64,000 bases of DNA from Candidatus Latescibacterota bacterium (GTDB taxonomy: Bacteria; Latescibacterota; UBA2968; GCA-2709665), in assembly GCA_965219455.1 (NCBI GenBank), contig OZ244744.1, positions 1,152,001 through 1,216,000 on the forward strand, written 5' to 3'. The notes beneath the pieces are model-generated. The model worked only from the letters and a program-made list of their open reading frames with translations. It searched no databases and was not told the origin of the DNA. Below are positions 48,852-59,750 of this stretch, piece after piece. Within the stretch, counting starts at the first letter, position 1; every line of letters begins with the position of its first letter. The position numbers and the translations under genes are program-made.

Positions 48852-51812
48852 ATGGCTACATTTAAGACACGAGCTCGAACGCTTGACATGCTTGGGCGAC
48901 AGCAGATAGCCGGAATTCCGACTGCGATCAGTGAGTTGTTCAAAAATGCACACGATGCGTATGCCGACCACGTCGAGATCGACTATTTCCGTAGCGACGG
49001 GCTGTTCGTATTGCGTGACGATGGCGTTGGGATGAGTCGGGAGGAATTCGCCCAGCGGTGGCTGACAATTGGAACAGAGAGTAAGCTCAATTCCGGTGGT
49101 ATCGAACCAATTCGGCATGATCCGAACAAACCAATACGACCTATGCTGGGTGAGAAGGGTATCGGTCGTCTGGCTATTTCAACAATTGGTCCTCAAGTTC
49201 TGGTGCTCACCCGCGCCCGGCGCGGAGATACATTGTCCGATCTCACTGCTGCGTTCGTAAACTGGACCCTGTTTGAATGTCCGGGCATCGACCTTGAAGA
49301 CATACAGATTCCCATTCAGACTTTTCCCGGTGGCGACTTACCTTCGTATAAAGAAATACAACAATTGATATCGGCCTTCTCCGAAAATACCCGGCATCTG
49401 AGAGCCAGAATTGGAGACCAATTCTATGACCGAATATCCAGAGACCTTGGTATGTTTCGAGTCAATCCTCAGGACATCGACCGATATCTCGGTGAGCCTA
49501 CATTGAATGGCGCCGGAAGCGGTACTCATTTTATTATTATGCCCGCTTCGGACCTACTCATTGCAGATATCGACGGCGAGCCCCAAGTTGAAACGGCAAC
49601 ACCACTTACAAAGGCCCTGCTGGGATTCACAAATACCATGACGCCGAGACATTCGCCTCCGCCGATTCGAACCGCATTCAGGGACCACAAGACAGAGGAC
49701 CTCGTGAATGATCTTATCGCTGACGGCGAGTTCTTCACGCCAGAGGAGTTCGAAAATGCAGATCATCAAGTCGAGGGCCACTTTGATGAATATGGTCAAT
49801 TCCGTGGAGATGTATTGATATATGGAGAGATAATCAAACAACACGTGATTCCGTGGACCGGTGCTGGTGGTAGTCCGACCCTTTGTGGTCCCTTCTCGGT
49901 AAATTTCGCCGCCATCGAAGGAGTTGCAACATACTCGACACTCCCACGAGAAGATCATGCTCGTATGGCTCAGAAAATGGAAAAAATCGGAGGCTTGTAC
50001 ATCTTCCGGGATGGTGTAAGGATCTTGCCATATGGAAACACGGATTATGATTGGCTCGACATCGAATTCCATCGAACAAAGAGCGCTTATTATTATTACT
50101 TCTCACACCGCAAGATGTTTGGAGCTATCGAAATTGACAGTACAAATAATCCGCGGCTCAACGAAAAGGCTGGAAGAGAGGGATTTAGGGAAAACAAGGC
50201 TTACCGTCAATTCAAGAGTATATTGAAACACTTTATTGTACAAGTCGCCGCGGACTTTTTCCGAAAAGAAGGTGTGCACAGCGAGAGATTCGAAGAACGG
50301 AAGGAGGAGCTTAGTAAGATTGAGTTGGATAGGAGACGAAGAGAAAAATCCGTATCCATAAAGAAGCAGAAAATGAGCAAAGATCTTGCCTGGTTCTTTG
50401 AAAAGTTATCGGCCAATTCTCCGCAGGAAGAAGCCGTGAAGCTCAGCCAGAAATTTGCGCAGGAACTAAAAGTGGCATGCCTAATCTCCGATCCGCAGCA
50501 CGCGGCACAAGAGATTGTCCGGATTGAGCAGGAAGCACATGCGGAACTTAGAAAGATCGAATCCCAATATAAGATTTCGCGACCTCGTATCGGTCTCAGC
50601 AAAGCCATGCAAAAAGAGTGGAATGAGTACACCGCTGCTTTTTCGGATCTTTCGGACGATGTGTTCATTCCCACGCGAGAGTTGATCGGAGAGACCGTTC
50701 GAGAGGAGGCCGAAAGAGCTCGCGTGCAAATTGACCGAAGCCTTCAGGTGAAAACTACCCTTGAAGAGCTTGCGGCGCAGGCCAAGAAGCAGACCAGAGA
50801 CAGTGGAAACATCGTGAAACAGGAAGCACATAGGGTAGCTTCTGGTGTTCGAGACGTGGCGAGTACCTGCCTTAGCGAGGTTGAAGACGAACTACGATCG
50901 GTTGTGAGCGAGTTCCAACGTATAGACGTTTCCAAACTTCAGGACGCCGATTTTGTAGAAACACGAAATACTTTGGAAGCACGCATTCTGGGTGTTGCGG
51001 AAAATAAGTCGAGCTTGCTTGGCTCACTTATTGACCAGTTGAAAGCTGTCGAATTGACCGGGGAGACATCCGCTCTCGATCAACTTGTGGCTATCGAGCA
51101 GCGCAATGTCGCATTGGAAGAGGAAGTTGAAGCCGACCTGCAACTGGCCCAACTCGGAATGGCGGTAGAGATTATCAATCACGAATTTCATGCGACAATC
51201 CGTTCCATTCGTAACAATCTGCGCAGGCTAAAAGCGTGGGCCGATATCAACAAGGACCTCGAAGTACTGTACCACAACATCCGGGCGAGTTTCGATCATC
51301 TGGATGGATACTTGACGCTTTTCACACCGCTTCAACGTAGGCTTTATCGCAGGGCTGTGGATATTCGAGGTTCCGATATTTACACGTTTCTAAGCGATCT
51401 TTTCAGGGAGAGATTCTCACGTCTCGACATCGAATTCCGAAAGACAAGAGCGTTTTCAGAAATGAAAATAAACGGTTACCCTTCATCCTTCTATCCGGTA
51501 TTCGTCAATGTTATTGACAATGCAGTGTACTGGGTTTCCCAGAATAATCCCTCGGAGGAACGCCGGATTGTTCTTGATGCAACAGATGACTTTTTTTTGG
51601 TTGCCGATTCCGGCCCTGGTGTTAACGCAGGGGATAGAGAGGCGATCTTTGAATTCGGCTTCACAAGAAAACCGGGAGGAAGGGGAATGGGGCTGCATAT
51701 TGCCCGAGAGGTACTTCGTCGCGTTGGCTACGATTTGTCTCTACGAGATTCCGAAGATCATAAGGGCGCTACCTTTGCCATCGGCCCCGCGACTCCAACA
51801 TCAGAAGAGTAG
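48852..51812 (+). CDS. MORC-like GHKL ATPase fused via a coiled coil to a histidine-kinase module
   Basis: N-terminal ELFKNAHDA, DDGVGM and GEKGIGR; LNEKAGREGF; H-box IINHEF, N-box NVIDNAVYW, DSGPG, FTRK and GRGMGL. Confidence 0.87.
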   Translation: MATFKTRARTLDMLGRQQIAGIPTAISELFKNAHDAYADHVEIDYFRSDGLFVLRDDGVGMSREEFAQRWLTIGTESKLNSGGIEPIRHDPNKPIRPMLGEKGIGRLAISTIGPQVLVLTRARRGDTLSDLTAAFVNWTLFECPGIDLEDIQIPIQTFPGGDLPSYKEIQQLISAFSENTRHLRARIGDQFYDRISRDLGMFRVNPQDIDRYLGEPTLNGAGSGTHFIIMPASDLLIADIDGEPQVETATPLTKALLGFTNTMTPRHSPPPIRTAFRDHKTEDLVNDLIADGEFFTPEEFENADHQVEGHFDEYGQFRGDVLIYGEIIKQHVIPWTGAGGSPTLCGPFSVNFAAIEGVATYSTLPREDHARMAQKMEKIGGLYIFRDGVRILPYGNTDYDWLDIEFHRTKSAYYYYFSHRKMFGAIEIDSTNNPRLNEKAGREGFRENKAYRQFKSILKHFIVQVAADFFRKEGVHSERFEERKEELSKIELDRRRREKSVSIKKQKMSKDLAWFFEKLSANSPQEEAVKLSQKFAQELKVACLISDPQHAAQEIVRIEQEAHAELRKIESQYKISRPRIGLSKAMQKEWNEYTAAFSDLSDDVFIPTRELIGETVREEAERARVQIDRSLQVKTTLEELAAQAKKQTRDSGNIVKQEAHRVASGVRDVASTCLSEVEDELRSVVSEFQRIDVSKLQDADFVETRNTLEARILGVAENKSSLLGSLIDQLKAVELTGETSALDQLVAIEQRNVALEEEVEADLQLAQLGMAVEIINHEFHATIRSIRNNLRRLKAWADINKDLEVLYHNIRASFDHLDGYLTLFTPLQRRLYRRAVDIRGSDIYTFLSDLFRERFSRLDIEFRKTRAFSEMKINGYPSSFYPVFVNVIDNAVYWVSQNNPSEERRIVLDATDDFFLVADSGPGVNAGDREAIFEFGFTRKPGGRGMGLHIAREVLRRVGYDLSLRDSEDHKGATFAIGPATPTSEE

Positions 51813-51828
51813 ATTGGGAAAAAACCAA

Positions 51829-53412
51829 ATGGATGAATTTAACAAGCGCTGTGCGAAAATTGCAGAGCGTTTTCTCTTAACTGCTGTCATCGTCGATGAT
51901 CAGGCGCAGATATCCGAGTCGCCCACGCCAACTGAGTTGTTAGTGAAACCGGATCGGCATACAATTGGTACTGCACCTGACGAAACGCCTGGGAATAATG
52001 AAGTAACTGCCAACAGCCTAGACGCCAGAACATTGGTAGACTCATTCGCGAAACAAGGATTGATCTGCGCCGTGATAGCCCCGTCAGAAAATGATCCATC
52101 AACCGCCGACACGGTGATGCCAGTTGCGAGGCGGGCTGATATGGTCATTTTGGATTGGCGATTGCATCAAGACGATGGTGAAAAGACTATTGGATTGTTG
52201 ACGCATTTGTTAAGAGACGGGGAAGCCACTCGATTGCGTCTGATCGCGATTTACACTGGACAATACAATCTCATCGAAATAGGAGCAACCCTCAAGGAAA
52301 AACTCGCGCAACAAGGATGGGATTTTCAATCGGACGGCCAGGGCGTCCAGTTATCCTACGGACATTGTCGTATCGTTATTTACGCGAAGTCCCGGACTCC
52401 ACTGGGACCGGAGTTGAGAGACAGGGCAATTTCGGAGGGTGATATTCCGAATCGTCTCATTGGAGATTTCGCTGACATGACACACGGTCTGCTACCCAGT
52501 ATTGCCCTGACCTCGCTTGCAGCGGTGCGCAAGAATGCTCACAAGGTACTCGATAGCTTCTCATCGGAGCTTGACCCTGCGTTCCTCGCACACCGTGCTT
52601 GTCTTCCCGTCCCCGACAATTCCCAGCAACACATTGTCAATCTGCTTGTTAGCGAGCTACACGCAATCATGGACGACGCTTCGACACAAGAGTGTCCGGC
52701 GAGTATTGAGGCCATTAGGGAATGGCTATTATCAAGATTCGGACAAGAAATGATATTTGAATTTGGGCCGAAAAAGAAGCTATCTTTCGACAAAACTGTT
52801 TCACTTATCCAATGTGGGCTGGACAAGAGTGATATATTGAGTCGTAAAGACTTCGAAATCTTATCGTCTCGATTTCAGATAAATGGTGAGGCTTCAGTAG
52901 AGCTCGACCAACAGCTGGCATGGATGTTTAATTTTCGGACAGTGAGTAATTCTCCACCTCCAATTCTTCAATTGGGTACTGCTCTCGAGAAACGGAATCG
53001 AGAAGATGGAAACGCCCTGTATCTATGTATGAGGCCAAGATGCGACAGCCTGCGGTTGCAGAATGCGGAGACATTCCTCTTATTGCCATTAATCGATCCA
53101 GTCAGAGATACGATTCAGCTAGTTCTGAAAACAGAAAAGGGCGAATATTCGCGCCGAAGTCTTTGCACGAGTCCGTCCCAATGGCTGTTGGTAGAATTCG
53201 CACCGGACGATTCGAAAAAGTGTGTGGTTGCAGGAAAAGGCGCGGACGGGCAGTTTTCCTTCACGAGCACGAACGGAACCAGATTCAATTGGATCGGAGA
53301 ACTCAAGGCGGAATTCGCTCAGCGCGTGGCCCAACATTTCGCTTCAGGATTGTCACGAGTAGCTACGGACAACTCCGAATGGCTTAGAAGACATGAAGGG
53401 TCAGGTCGTTGA
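51829..53412 (+). CDS. Atypical response-regulator receiver-domain protein with uncharacterised C-terminus
   Basis: ATG 51829; VIVDD, ILDWRL (phospho-Asp), IYTG and LCMRPRCD motifs. Confidence 0.82.
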   Translation: MDEFNKRCAKIAERFLLTAVIVDDQAQISESPTPTELLVKPDRHTIGTAPDETPGNNEVTANSLDARTLVDSFAKQGLICAVIAPSENDPSTADTVMPVARRADMVILDWRLHQDDGEKTIGLLTHLLRDGEATRLRLIAIYTGQYNLIEIGATLKEKLAQQGWDFQSDGQGVQLSYGHCRIVIYAKSRTPLGPELRDRAISEGDIPNRLIGDFADMTHGLLPSIALTSLAAVRKNAHKVLDSFSSELDPAFLAHRACLPVPDNSQQHIVNLLVSELHAIMDDASTQECPASIEAIREWLLSRFGQEMIFEFGPKKKLSFDKTVSLIQCGLDKSDILSRKDFEILSSRFQINGEASVELDQQLAWMFNFRTVSNSPPPILQLGTALEKRNREDGNALYLCMRPRCDSLRLQNAETFLLLPLIDPVRDTIQLVLKTEKGEYSRRSLCTSPSQWLLVEFAPDDSKKCVVAGKGADGQFSFTSTNGTRFNWIGELKAEFAQRVAQHFASGLSRVATDNSEWLRRHEGSGR

Positions 53413-53473
53413 TGCGATCAAAATTGAGACGCATCGACACAGACCTGCACGATTCGCAAGGGGGACGAAACGC

Positions 53474-53722
53474 ATGATACAAACCAGCGAATCCGCCTTC
53501 GAGACCGTCATCGAAGCGCACCTGCTTCAGAACGGATACGTTCCCGTTGCCCGCAAATGCTTCGACAGCGACCGTGCGATTTTCCCCGACGTCGTAATTG
53601 CGTTTATCCGTGACACTCAACCCAAAGAATGGGCCAGGTTGGAGACGCTGCACGGTGATAGAACGGGAGAGCAGGTTCTCACGGACCTTTGTAAGTGGAT
53701 GGACACGAACGGTTCGCTCGCT
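53474..53722 (+). pseudogene. hsdR: Truncated hsdR 5' fragment
   Basis: [18 protein letters not shown]...WMDTNGSLA parallels the first ~83 aa of the HsdR at 55497. Confidence 0.88.
53626..53722 (+). repeat. 97-bp direct repeat, second copy at 55649-55745
   Basis: agaatgggccag...ggttcgctcgct; three mismatches counted by eye. Confidence 0.9.
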
Positions 53723-53846
53723 CAGAGCCATCGCCAACAATACCATTTCACTGATCAAAGAACGCCGCTCCGCGCTCATAACTGCCTCGGTCACCGGAGA
53801 AATCGACGTCCAGGGCGGCGTTGCCTTGAACGCCCAAGCTAAGTAA
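53723..53846 (+). pseudogene. hsdS: Orphan hsdS 3' fragment
   Basis: RAIANNTISLIKERRSALITASVTGEIDV matches the HsdS terminal conserved helix (compare LLNERRSTLIAAAVTGK). Confidence 0.85.
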
Positions 53847-53859
53847 TCTCTGTCAGCCT

Positions 53860-54237
53860 ATGAGTTACCGAGAGCCGTTACCTGAAGGATGCCCACCTGA
53901 TGCCGCAGAAGACATTATAGCATCGCGAGAGGTTTTTCGGTTGGTGCGAACTAGCCCACCGACGGAGGAGGACTTCACATCCCAGCGAGCTGAAAATCCG
54001 GACCGTGACTTCGGTAAGATCCCCGAGTGCCAAGCCAGGGGACTATCTGTTTTTGCTGAACGAGGCGATTCCCAAAAGGCATTGAAGCTCCCGAGACTAC
54101 GCGGGCGTCTAATTTGCCGAGTAGTGCTCGAAAAGGGTGCGGGCTCCATTCAACAGACAGGTCAGCGCTCACATCATACTTGGTGGCCGCTAGCAGATTT
54201 CGATATTTTGGCGTACTGTATAGTGGAAACCCCATGA
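53860..54237 (+). CDS. Small protein with RES/Tse2-like ADP-ribosyltransferase-fold motifs
   Basis: LPEGCPP, VFRLV, DF, GLSVF and SHHTWW motifs. Confidence 0.6.
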   Translation: MSYREPLPEGCPPDAAEDIIASREVFRLVRTSPPTEEDFTSQRAENPDRDFGKIPECQARGLSVFAERGDSQKALKLPRLRGRLICRVVLEKGAGSIQQTGQRSHHTWWPLADFDILAYCIVETP

Positions 54238-55367
54238 AAAAGATCCGACACACCAAGACGCTTTTCTATTACGATGGCCCTCAGGTCTTCGAGGCCCACG
54301 ATGCGATCGGTGGACACTATGTTGCGGTCATGGTGGAGTCTGATAATCAAGATGAACGTTATCTCGTAGCCGGTGTCCCTCCCGAGCAATTGCGTGAATT
54401 CCGTTCAGGCGCACTCGATCTGCGGTCATTGCTGATAGAATCGGACGAAGAGGAACGGTATCTGGCGACAGTAGATACCGACTTGGATCATCCACTAGTG
54501 CTTAATAATCTGTCTACTACCCTCATGGATAGTGGATTTCTTCCAGATGCTGGTTTTGTGTTACACGACCGCTCTTCAGACGATTCTGTGCTCAGGGAAG
54601 CCCGGGAACGCAACAACCTCGTACTTGAGGTCGTTGCAGAGCCACCAGAGGCGACGATGCAACATCGTATCCGTGCGAATACGCTCGCAGAGATGTTGAA
54701 TCTCGTTCAGGGCATGGTCAAATACGCTTACAGAACAGAAATGAAGGGAGATGATCCTCGCTATCGGCAGCCGGATGAAGACATGATGGATGTCGTTGTT
54801 CCAGCGGCAGCCGGATCATTTCAGATTGTTCTTGAAGCAGCGAGTATGCCGGATTTTTTCGGAGGCAGTAAACTTGCTAGAGCACTACGACGAATCGATG
54901 TGCTATTTGAGGATACTGCGAACCCTGAGAAAACACTTCTCACCGTAAAGGAACAACGTGGGCACCTGGCAGGGACATATCTGAAGCTCTTGCGTTTTTT
55001 GGTTGAACGAGAAACGGGGCTGCGCTACTCGTGGGCCGAACCGAAATCAGAACGCCCAAGCAACCGCGCAGTATCGCAGTCCGAGGCAGGCCTGCTAATA
55101 GAAGCACTTTCGAGTGTTACGAATCTGGGAAGCGAATCAATGACGCTGGAGGGAACCTTCGAGAGATTTAACCGTGGAAGCGGCTCTTGGGGATTGCTCA
55201 CGAACGAAGGAAAACGTTGGGGCAAGGTTAAGGGAGGGGGGCCAAGTCTAGATGGTTTGGAGGTCGGCGGGCGTTACAGATTTTACTGTGATGAAGAAGT
55301 AGAGGAAGTCGCTATCACGGGCCGCGAGTTACGGGTTCTCTATCTGAAAAACCATGAACCAGCCTGA
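54234..55367 (+). CDS. DUF6575-like N-domain protein with an OB-like C-terminus
   Basis: ATGA-coupled start at 54234; LFYYDGPQVF, F.SG.LDLR, FLPDAGF, AAGSF and LEGTF motifs. The DUF number is from recall. Confidence 0.7.
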   Translation: MKKIRHTKTLFYYDGPQVFEAHDAIGGHYVAVMVESDNQDERYLVAGVPPEQLREFRSGALDLRSLLIESDEEERYLATVDTDLDHPLVLNNLSTTLMDSGFLPDAGFVLHDRSSDDSVLREARERNNLVLEVVAEPPEATMQHRIRANTLAEMLNLVQGMVKYAYRTEMKGDDPRYRQPDEDMMDVVVPAAAGSFQIVLEAASMPDFFGGSKLARALRRIDVLFEDTANPEKTLLTVKEQRGHLAGTYLKLLRFLVERETGLRYSWAEPKSERPSNRAVSQSEAGLLIEALSSVTNLGSESMTLEGTFERFNRGSGSWGLLTNEGKRWGKVKGGGPSLDGLEVGGRYRFYCDEEVEEVAITGRELRVLYLKNHEPA

Positions 55368-55496
55368 GTTGTAAAGGAGCTACTGACGATCATCAATTCG
55401 CACCAATGCTATGGCTTTCCAAAAGCTCCGCCTCAGTTTCTCTGCAAGATGGAAATCGAAGATCACGAATGACCAAAGTGGTGCTTATAAGAAGAC

Positions 55497-58400
55497 ATGA
55501 GCCAAACCACTGAAACAGCCTTCGAGACCGTCATCGAAGCGCATCTACTGGCGAGTGGTTACGTTCGGGTCGCGGGAGATGAGTTCGACCGCGACCGCGC
55601 CATCTTCCCCGACACCGTCCTCGCCTTCATCCGAAAAACCCAGCCCGTAGAATGGGCCAGATTGGAGGCGCTGCACGGTGATAGAACGGGAGAGCAGGTT
55701 CTCACGGACCTTTGCAAGTGGATGGACACGAACGGTTCGCTCGCTACGTTGCGACACGGCTTCAAATGCTACGGGCGCACACTCTATCCCGCATTCTTCA
55801 AGGCCGCTCATGAGTTGAACCCGGAACTCGAAGCCCGCTATGCGGCAAACCGGCTTGGAATCACCCGCCAACTTCGTTACTCACCTCGATCAGAGAAGTC
55901 CCTCGACGTTACGCTAAGTCTGAACGGTATACCTGTCGGTACGGTTGAACTCAAAAATCCCCTTACCGGGCAAACAGTTGACGACGCATTGCGCCAGTAT
56001 CGTCGGGATCGTGATCCCAGAGAACCGATTTTCGAGTTCAAACGGCGTTCGCTCGTTCATTTCGCTGTCGACACCGAGTGCGTACGCATGACCACTCGAC
56101 TGGCCGGGGGCGCGACCCAGTTTCTACCGTTCGACAAAGGGAATGATGGCGGGGCGGGAAACCCGCCCGATCCGAACGGGCGGAACTATCGGACGTCATA
56201 CCTCTGGGAGGAAGTGTTCGAACGCGACAGCCTGCTCGACATTCTCGCACGCTATATCCATCTGCAGACCGAGGAAAAACGCGACGACCAGGGCCGAATG
56301 GTGAAGGTCGAGTCGATGATCTTCCCGAGATATCACCAACTCGATGCCGTCCGGCTGTTGGTGAAAACGGCTCGCGAAGAGGAGGTCGGAAATAACTACC
56401 TTATCGAACACTCGGCGGGCAGCGGCAAGAGCAACACCATCGGCTGGCTTGCGCACCGCCTCGCTTGCCTGCACAACAAGTCAAATGAGCGCGTTTTCGA
56501 TAGCGTGATCGTCGTGACTGACCGCGTCGTCCTGGACCAGCAACTGCAAGACACCATCTACCAATTTGAACACAAGCATGGCGTGGTCCAGAAGATCGAC
56601 GAACGGTCTCGGCAGCTCGCCGAAGCCCTTGAGACGGCAGTCCCGATCATCATCACCACACTTCAGAAATTTCCTTTCGTCTCACAACATTTGCTTAAGA
56701 TGACCGAGGAAAGAGGCGAAAACGGGTCCGGTACGCTTCCTTCACGGCGCTGTGCAGTCATCGTCGATGAGGCGCACAGTTCGCAGGGCGGGGAGACCTC
56801 GACGCATCTCAGGGAGATCCTCGGGGGAGAAGATCTTCGGGAGGAGGCACGCCGACGCGCGGAGGAGGAGGGGAGCGAAGAACTCGAAGAATTATTCCGC
56901 AGTATGGCCAAGCGCGGCAGGCAGGCAAATCTGAGTTTCTTTGCGTTCACGGCGACGCCCAAACACAGGACACTTGCCGTGTTTGGCCGCGACGGTGAGC
57001 AATTCCATAAATACACGATGCGGCAGGCAATCGAGGAAGGATTCATCCTCGACGTTCTTGAGCACTACACGACCTATTCGACATACTACAAGCTCCTGAA
57101 AGACTGCGAGGAAGATCCGAACGTCGAGCGTAAGCCGGCTGCGCGCGCACTGGTGCAATTTATGCGGCTGCACCCATACAACATCGCGCAAAAAACCCAA
57201 GTAATGGTTGAACATTTCCAGACCGTTACACGGCACAAGATCGGCGGCAGAGCCAAGGCTATGGTGGTGACAGGCTCGCGCCTGGAAGCTGTGCGTTACA
57301 AGCTGAGTTTTGATGATTACATTGAAAAGAAGCGATATCCGATCAAAACGCTGGTCGCGTTCTCGGGTACCGTACAAGACGACAAATTTCCGGGCGTCGA
57401 GTTCACCGAAGTAAAGATGAACGAAGGTATTCGCGAGACGGAACTTCCGGAGAAGTTCGCTACACAGCATTATCAGGTGCTGCTGGTGGCGGAAAAGTAC
57501 CAGACCGGTTTCGATCAGCCGCTACTTCACACGATGTACGTCGACAAGCGACTCGCGGGCATCCAGGCCGTACAGACGCTTTCGCGCCTGAACCGCACCC
57601 ATCCTCTCAAAGAGGACACGTTTGTGCTGGACTTCGTCAATGACCGGGAAGAGATCCGGGAGGCGTTTAAGGTCTATTACGAAGGCGCGGAGATGGGCGA
57701 GGAAGTCGATCCCGCCAGAATGTACGAGGTAAAAGGGGACCTCGACGCGTCAGGGATCTATCTCGATGAGGAAATCAAAAGGTTTTGTGCAGTATATTTT
57801 AAACCCAGGCAGCGGCAGAGCGTCCAAGACCACAAGGAAATGAACGCCGCGCTTGATCCCGCAGTCACACGCTTTAGCGAAATGTGGGAAGAAAATGAAG
57901 ACGGGGCGGAACTCCTTCGCGGACAGATCCAGGCGTTCCGCAACCTCTATGGGTTCTTGAGCCAGATCATTCCGTACCAGGACTCGGACCTGGAACGCCT
58001 GCATGTGTTCCTTCGACATCTGGCGCCGAAACTGCGAAAACGCAGGAGCGGCCCGGCCTATCATTTTGACGACGACGTGCGACTTGAATACTACCGGCTG
58101 CAGAAGATCAGCGAAGGCTCGATTTCCCTGGCTGAGGGGGACGCGCATGCCCTGGACGGACCAAAAGAGGTCGGCAGCGGCGAATTACACGAAGAGTCGG
58201 TGGCGCTATCCCAACTGATCGACATCGTTAACGAGCGCTTTGGGACCGACTTCAACCAGGCCGACCAACTCTTCTTTGATCACATCGTCGAGGCCGCAAT
58301 TGCCGACGATGGAATGCGTCAGGCGGCAGCGGTAAACCCCGAGGACAAATTCGAACTGGTGTTCAGAAGTCTACTGGATCAAATCTTCGTCGAACGCATG

Positions 58401-59033
58401 GATCAGAACGAGGCGATCTTTCAGCGATATATGAACGACGACTCATTCCAGAATACTGTCCGCAATTGGATGACTGCCGAAGCCTATCGACGGCTGCGTT
58501 CCGACTTGGCTGTAACAGAAGAAACAGCGACAGATCCCGGGTTCCCGGCCGCACTTCGACTGGTTGAAGGCCAGCCAGAGGAACGATACGTTACATGTGT
58601 GCCGTTTGTTCCGCTCAAAGCGGCCGCTGGCGCATTCGGCGATCCACAGCACATCGAGGACGGCGAATTCGAATGGGCATCCGTGGATTCTCGCCATCGT
58701 CTCCGGCCGGGTATGTTTGTCGCGCAGATCGTCGGACGATCAATGGAACCCGCGATCCCCAATGGAGCGTATGGCTTATTTCGTGCTCCGGTCGAAGGTA
58801 CACGTCAGGGAAAGACCGTCCTGGTGCAACTCAGCGACGCAACCGATCCCGAAACAGGCCAGCGCTACACCATCAAGCGTTATCACAGCGAGAAGATCCA
58901 ATATGGCGAATCCTGGCGGCACGACGTCATTACCCTCCGGCCCAACAATCCCGAATTCGAACCCATCGTCCTGAACGAGAGGGATGAAGGGGAGCTTCAG
59001 GTCTTGGCGGAGTTGTTGGAAGTTATAAGTTAA
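55497..59033 (+). CDS. hsdR: Type I R-M restriction subunit R with C-terminal S24/LexA-like domain
   Basis: D...NGIP.GTVELKN nuclease motif, [18 protein letters not shown] and TGFDQP; C-terminal AAAG...GRSMEP...TIKR...NPEFEPI. Confidence 0.93.
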   Translation: MSQTTETAFETVIEAHLLASGYVRVAGDEFDRDRAIFPDTVLAFIRKTQPVEWARLEALHGDRTGEQVLTDLCKWMDTNGSLATLRHGFKCYGRTLYPAFFKAAHELNPELEARYAANRLGITRQLRYSPRSEKSLDVTLSLNGIPVGTVELKNPLTGQTVDDALRQYRRDRDPREPIFEFKRRSLVHFAVDTECVRMTTRLAGGATQFLPFDKGNDGGAGNPPDPNGRNYRTSYLWEEVFERDSLLDILARYIHLQTEEKRDDQGRMVKVESMIFPRYHQLDAVRLLVKTAREEEVGNNYLIEHSAGSGKSNTIGWLAHRLACLHNKSNERVFDSVIVVTDRVVLDQQLQDTIYQFEHKHGVVQKIDERSRQLAEALETAVPIIITTLQKFPFVSQHLLKMTEERGENGSGTLPSRRCAVIVDEAHSSQGGETSTHLREILGGEDLREEARRRAEEEGSEELEELFRSMAKRGRQANLSFFAFTATPKHRTLAVFGRDGEQFHKYTMRQAIEEGFILDVLEHYTTYSTYYKLLKDCEEDPNVERKPAARALVQFMRLHPYNIAQKTQVMVEHFQTVTRHKIGGRAKAMVVTGSRLEAVRYKLSFDDYIEKKRYPIKTLVAFSGTVQDDKFPGVEFTEVKMNEGIRETELPEKFATQHYQVLLVAEKYQTGFDQPLLHTMYVDKRLAGIQAVQTLSRLNRTHPLKEDTFVLDFVNDREEIREAFKVYYEGAEMGEEVDPARMYEVKGDLDASGIYLDEEIKRFCAVYFKPRQRQSVQDHKEMNAALDPAVTRFSEMWEENEDGAELLRGQIQAFRNLYGFLSQIIPYQDSDLERLHVFLRHLAPKLRKRRSGPAYHFDDDVRLEYYRLQKISEGSISLAEGDAHALDGPKEVGSGELHEESVALSQLIDIVNERFGTDFNQADQLFFDHIVEAAIADDGMRQAAAVNPEDKFELVFRSLLDQIFVERMDQNEAIFQRYMNDDSFQNTVRNWMTAEAYRRLRSDLAVTEETATDPGFPAALRLVEGQPEERYVTCVPFVPLKAAAGAFGDPQHIEDGEFEWASVDSRHRLRPGMFVAQIVGRSMEPAIPNGAYGLFRAPVEGTRQGKTVLVQLSDATDPETGQRYTIKRYHSEKIQYGESWRHDVITLRPNNPEFEPIVLNERDEGELQVLAELLEVIS

Positions 59034-59174
59034 TCTCCGTTACCGTCTTTATTACCTCACACATGGAAATAGATGGACAGCGGGTCGCTGCTTTTCCTGC
59101 GGCACTGCATCTAGTCGGACAAGATATTTCGGAACAAAATGACCTTCACGTGACGTCTTTGCAGGAAAAATCCG

Positions 59175-59591
59175 ATGAATGAAACTCCGAATCCAAGATC
59201 GTTTATCGTTAGTGGAATGCTTGACGGGATCGAACACGGCAACGGCCGTTTTCGCCTTGTGGTGGGACAGCGAGCGGTGCTTTTCGGACGCGTAGACCCG
59301 AGGTCATTGGACTTGGAGGCATTGCGTCCTTTGTGGGGCAAACACACGACCGTCGAGGGCATTGTGCACTTCAAGGTTAACGGGCAGCCACGACTCATCG
59401 AAGCTCGCCGGATTAGTAGTCATCAAAGAGGGGATGTGGTCTTCGAAGAAATGCCAACGGTCGACGCAGAGGATTCGCACGCCTTGTTTCCTGTTACACG
59501 GAAGGAAGCAAAAGTGTTCGACCCGATTCAGCTTGCCGGAGCCTGGCCTGGAGATGAACCGATCGAGCAACTCCTCGCCCAACTCGATTGA
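59175..59591 (+). CDS. Hypothetical OB-like protein, probable antitoxin partner of a PIN gene
   Basis: Intact ORF ending GAWPGDEPIEQLLAQLD; followed by a PIN remnant; partially duplicated at 60211-60445. Confidence 0.6.
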   Translation: MNETPNPRSFIVSGMLDGIEHGNGRFRLVVGQRAVLFGRVDPRSLDLEALRPLWGKHTTVEGIVHFKVNGQPRLIEARRISSHQRGDVVFEEMPTVDAEDSHALFPVTRKEAKVFDPIQLAGAWPGDEPIEQLLAQLD

Positions 59592-59598
59592 AAAAAAC

Positions 59599-59691
59599 GC
59601 CCGCGCAAGCGAAGCGAAGCTTCTATCAACGGATACTGACTTTCAACACCTGGACGGAATCTGGTTTCATTTCATCTGTAATAATCAGTAA
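59599..59691 (+). pseudogene. PIN/VapC toxin C-terminal remnant
   Basis: ARASEAKLLSTDTDFQHLDGIW matches the PIN T-x-D-x-DF motif; no N-terminus. Confidence 0.65.
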
Positions 59692-59750
59692 CACTACTTT
59701 TTTCACACCAAATCTGTCAGTGTGGATGTCGACAGAGTCAGATCGAGCCT

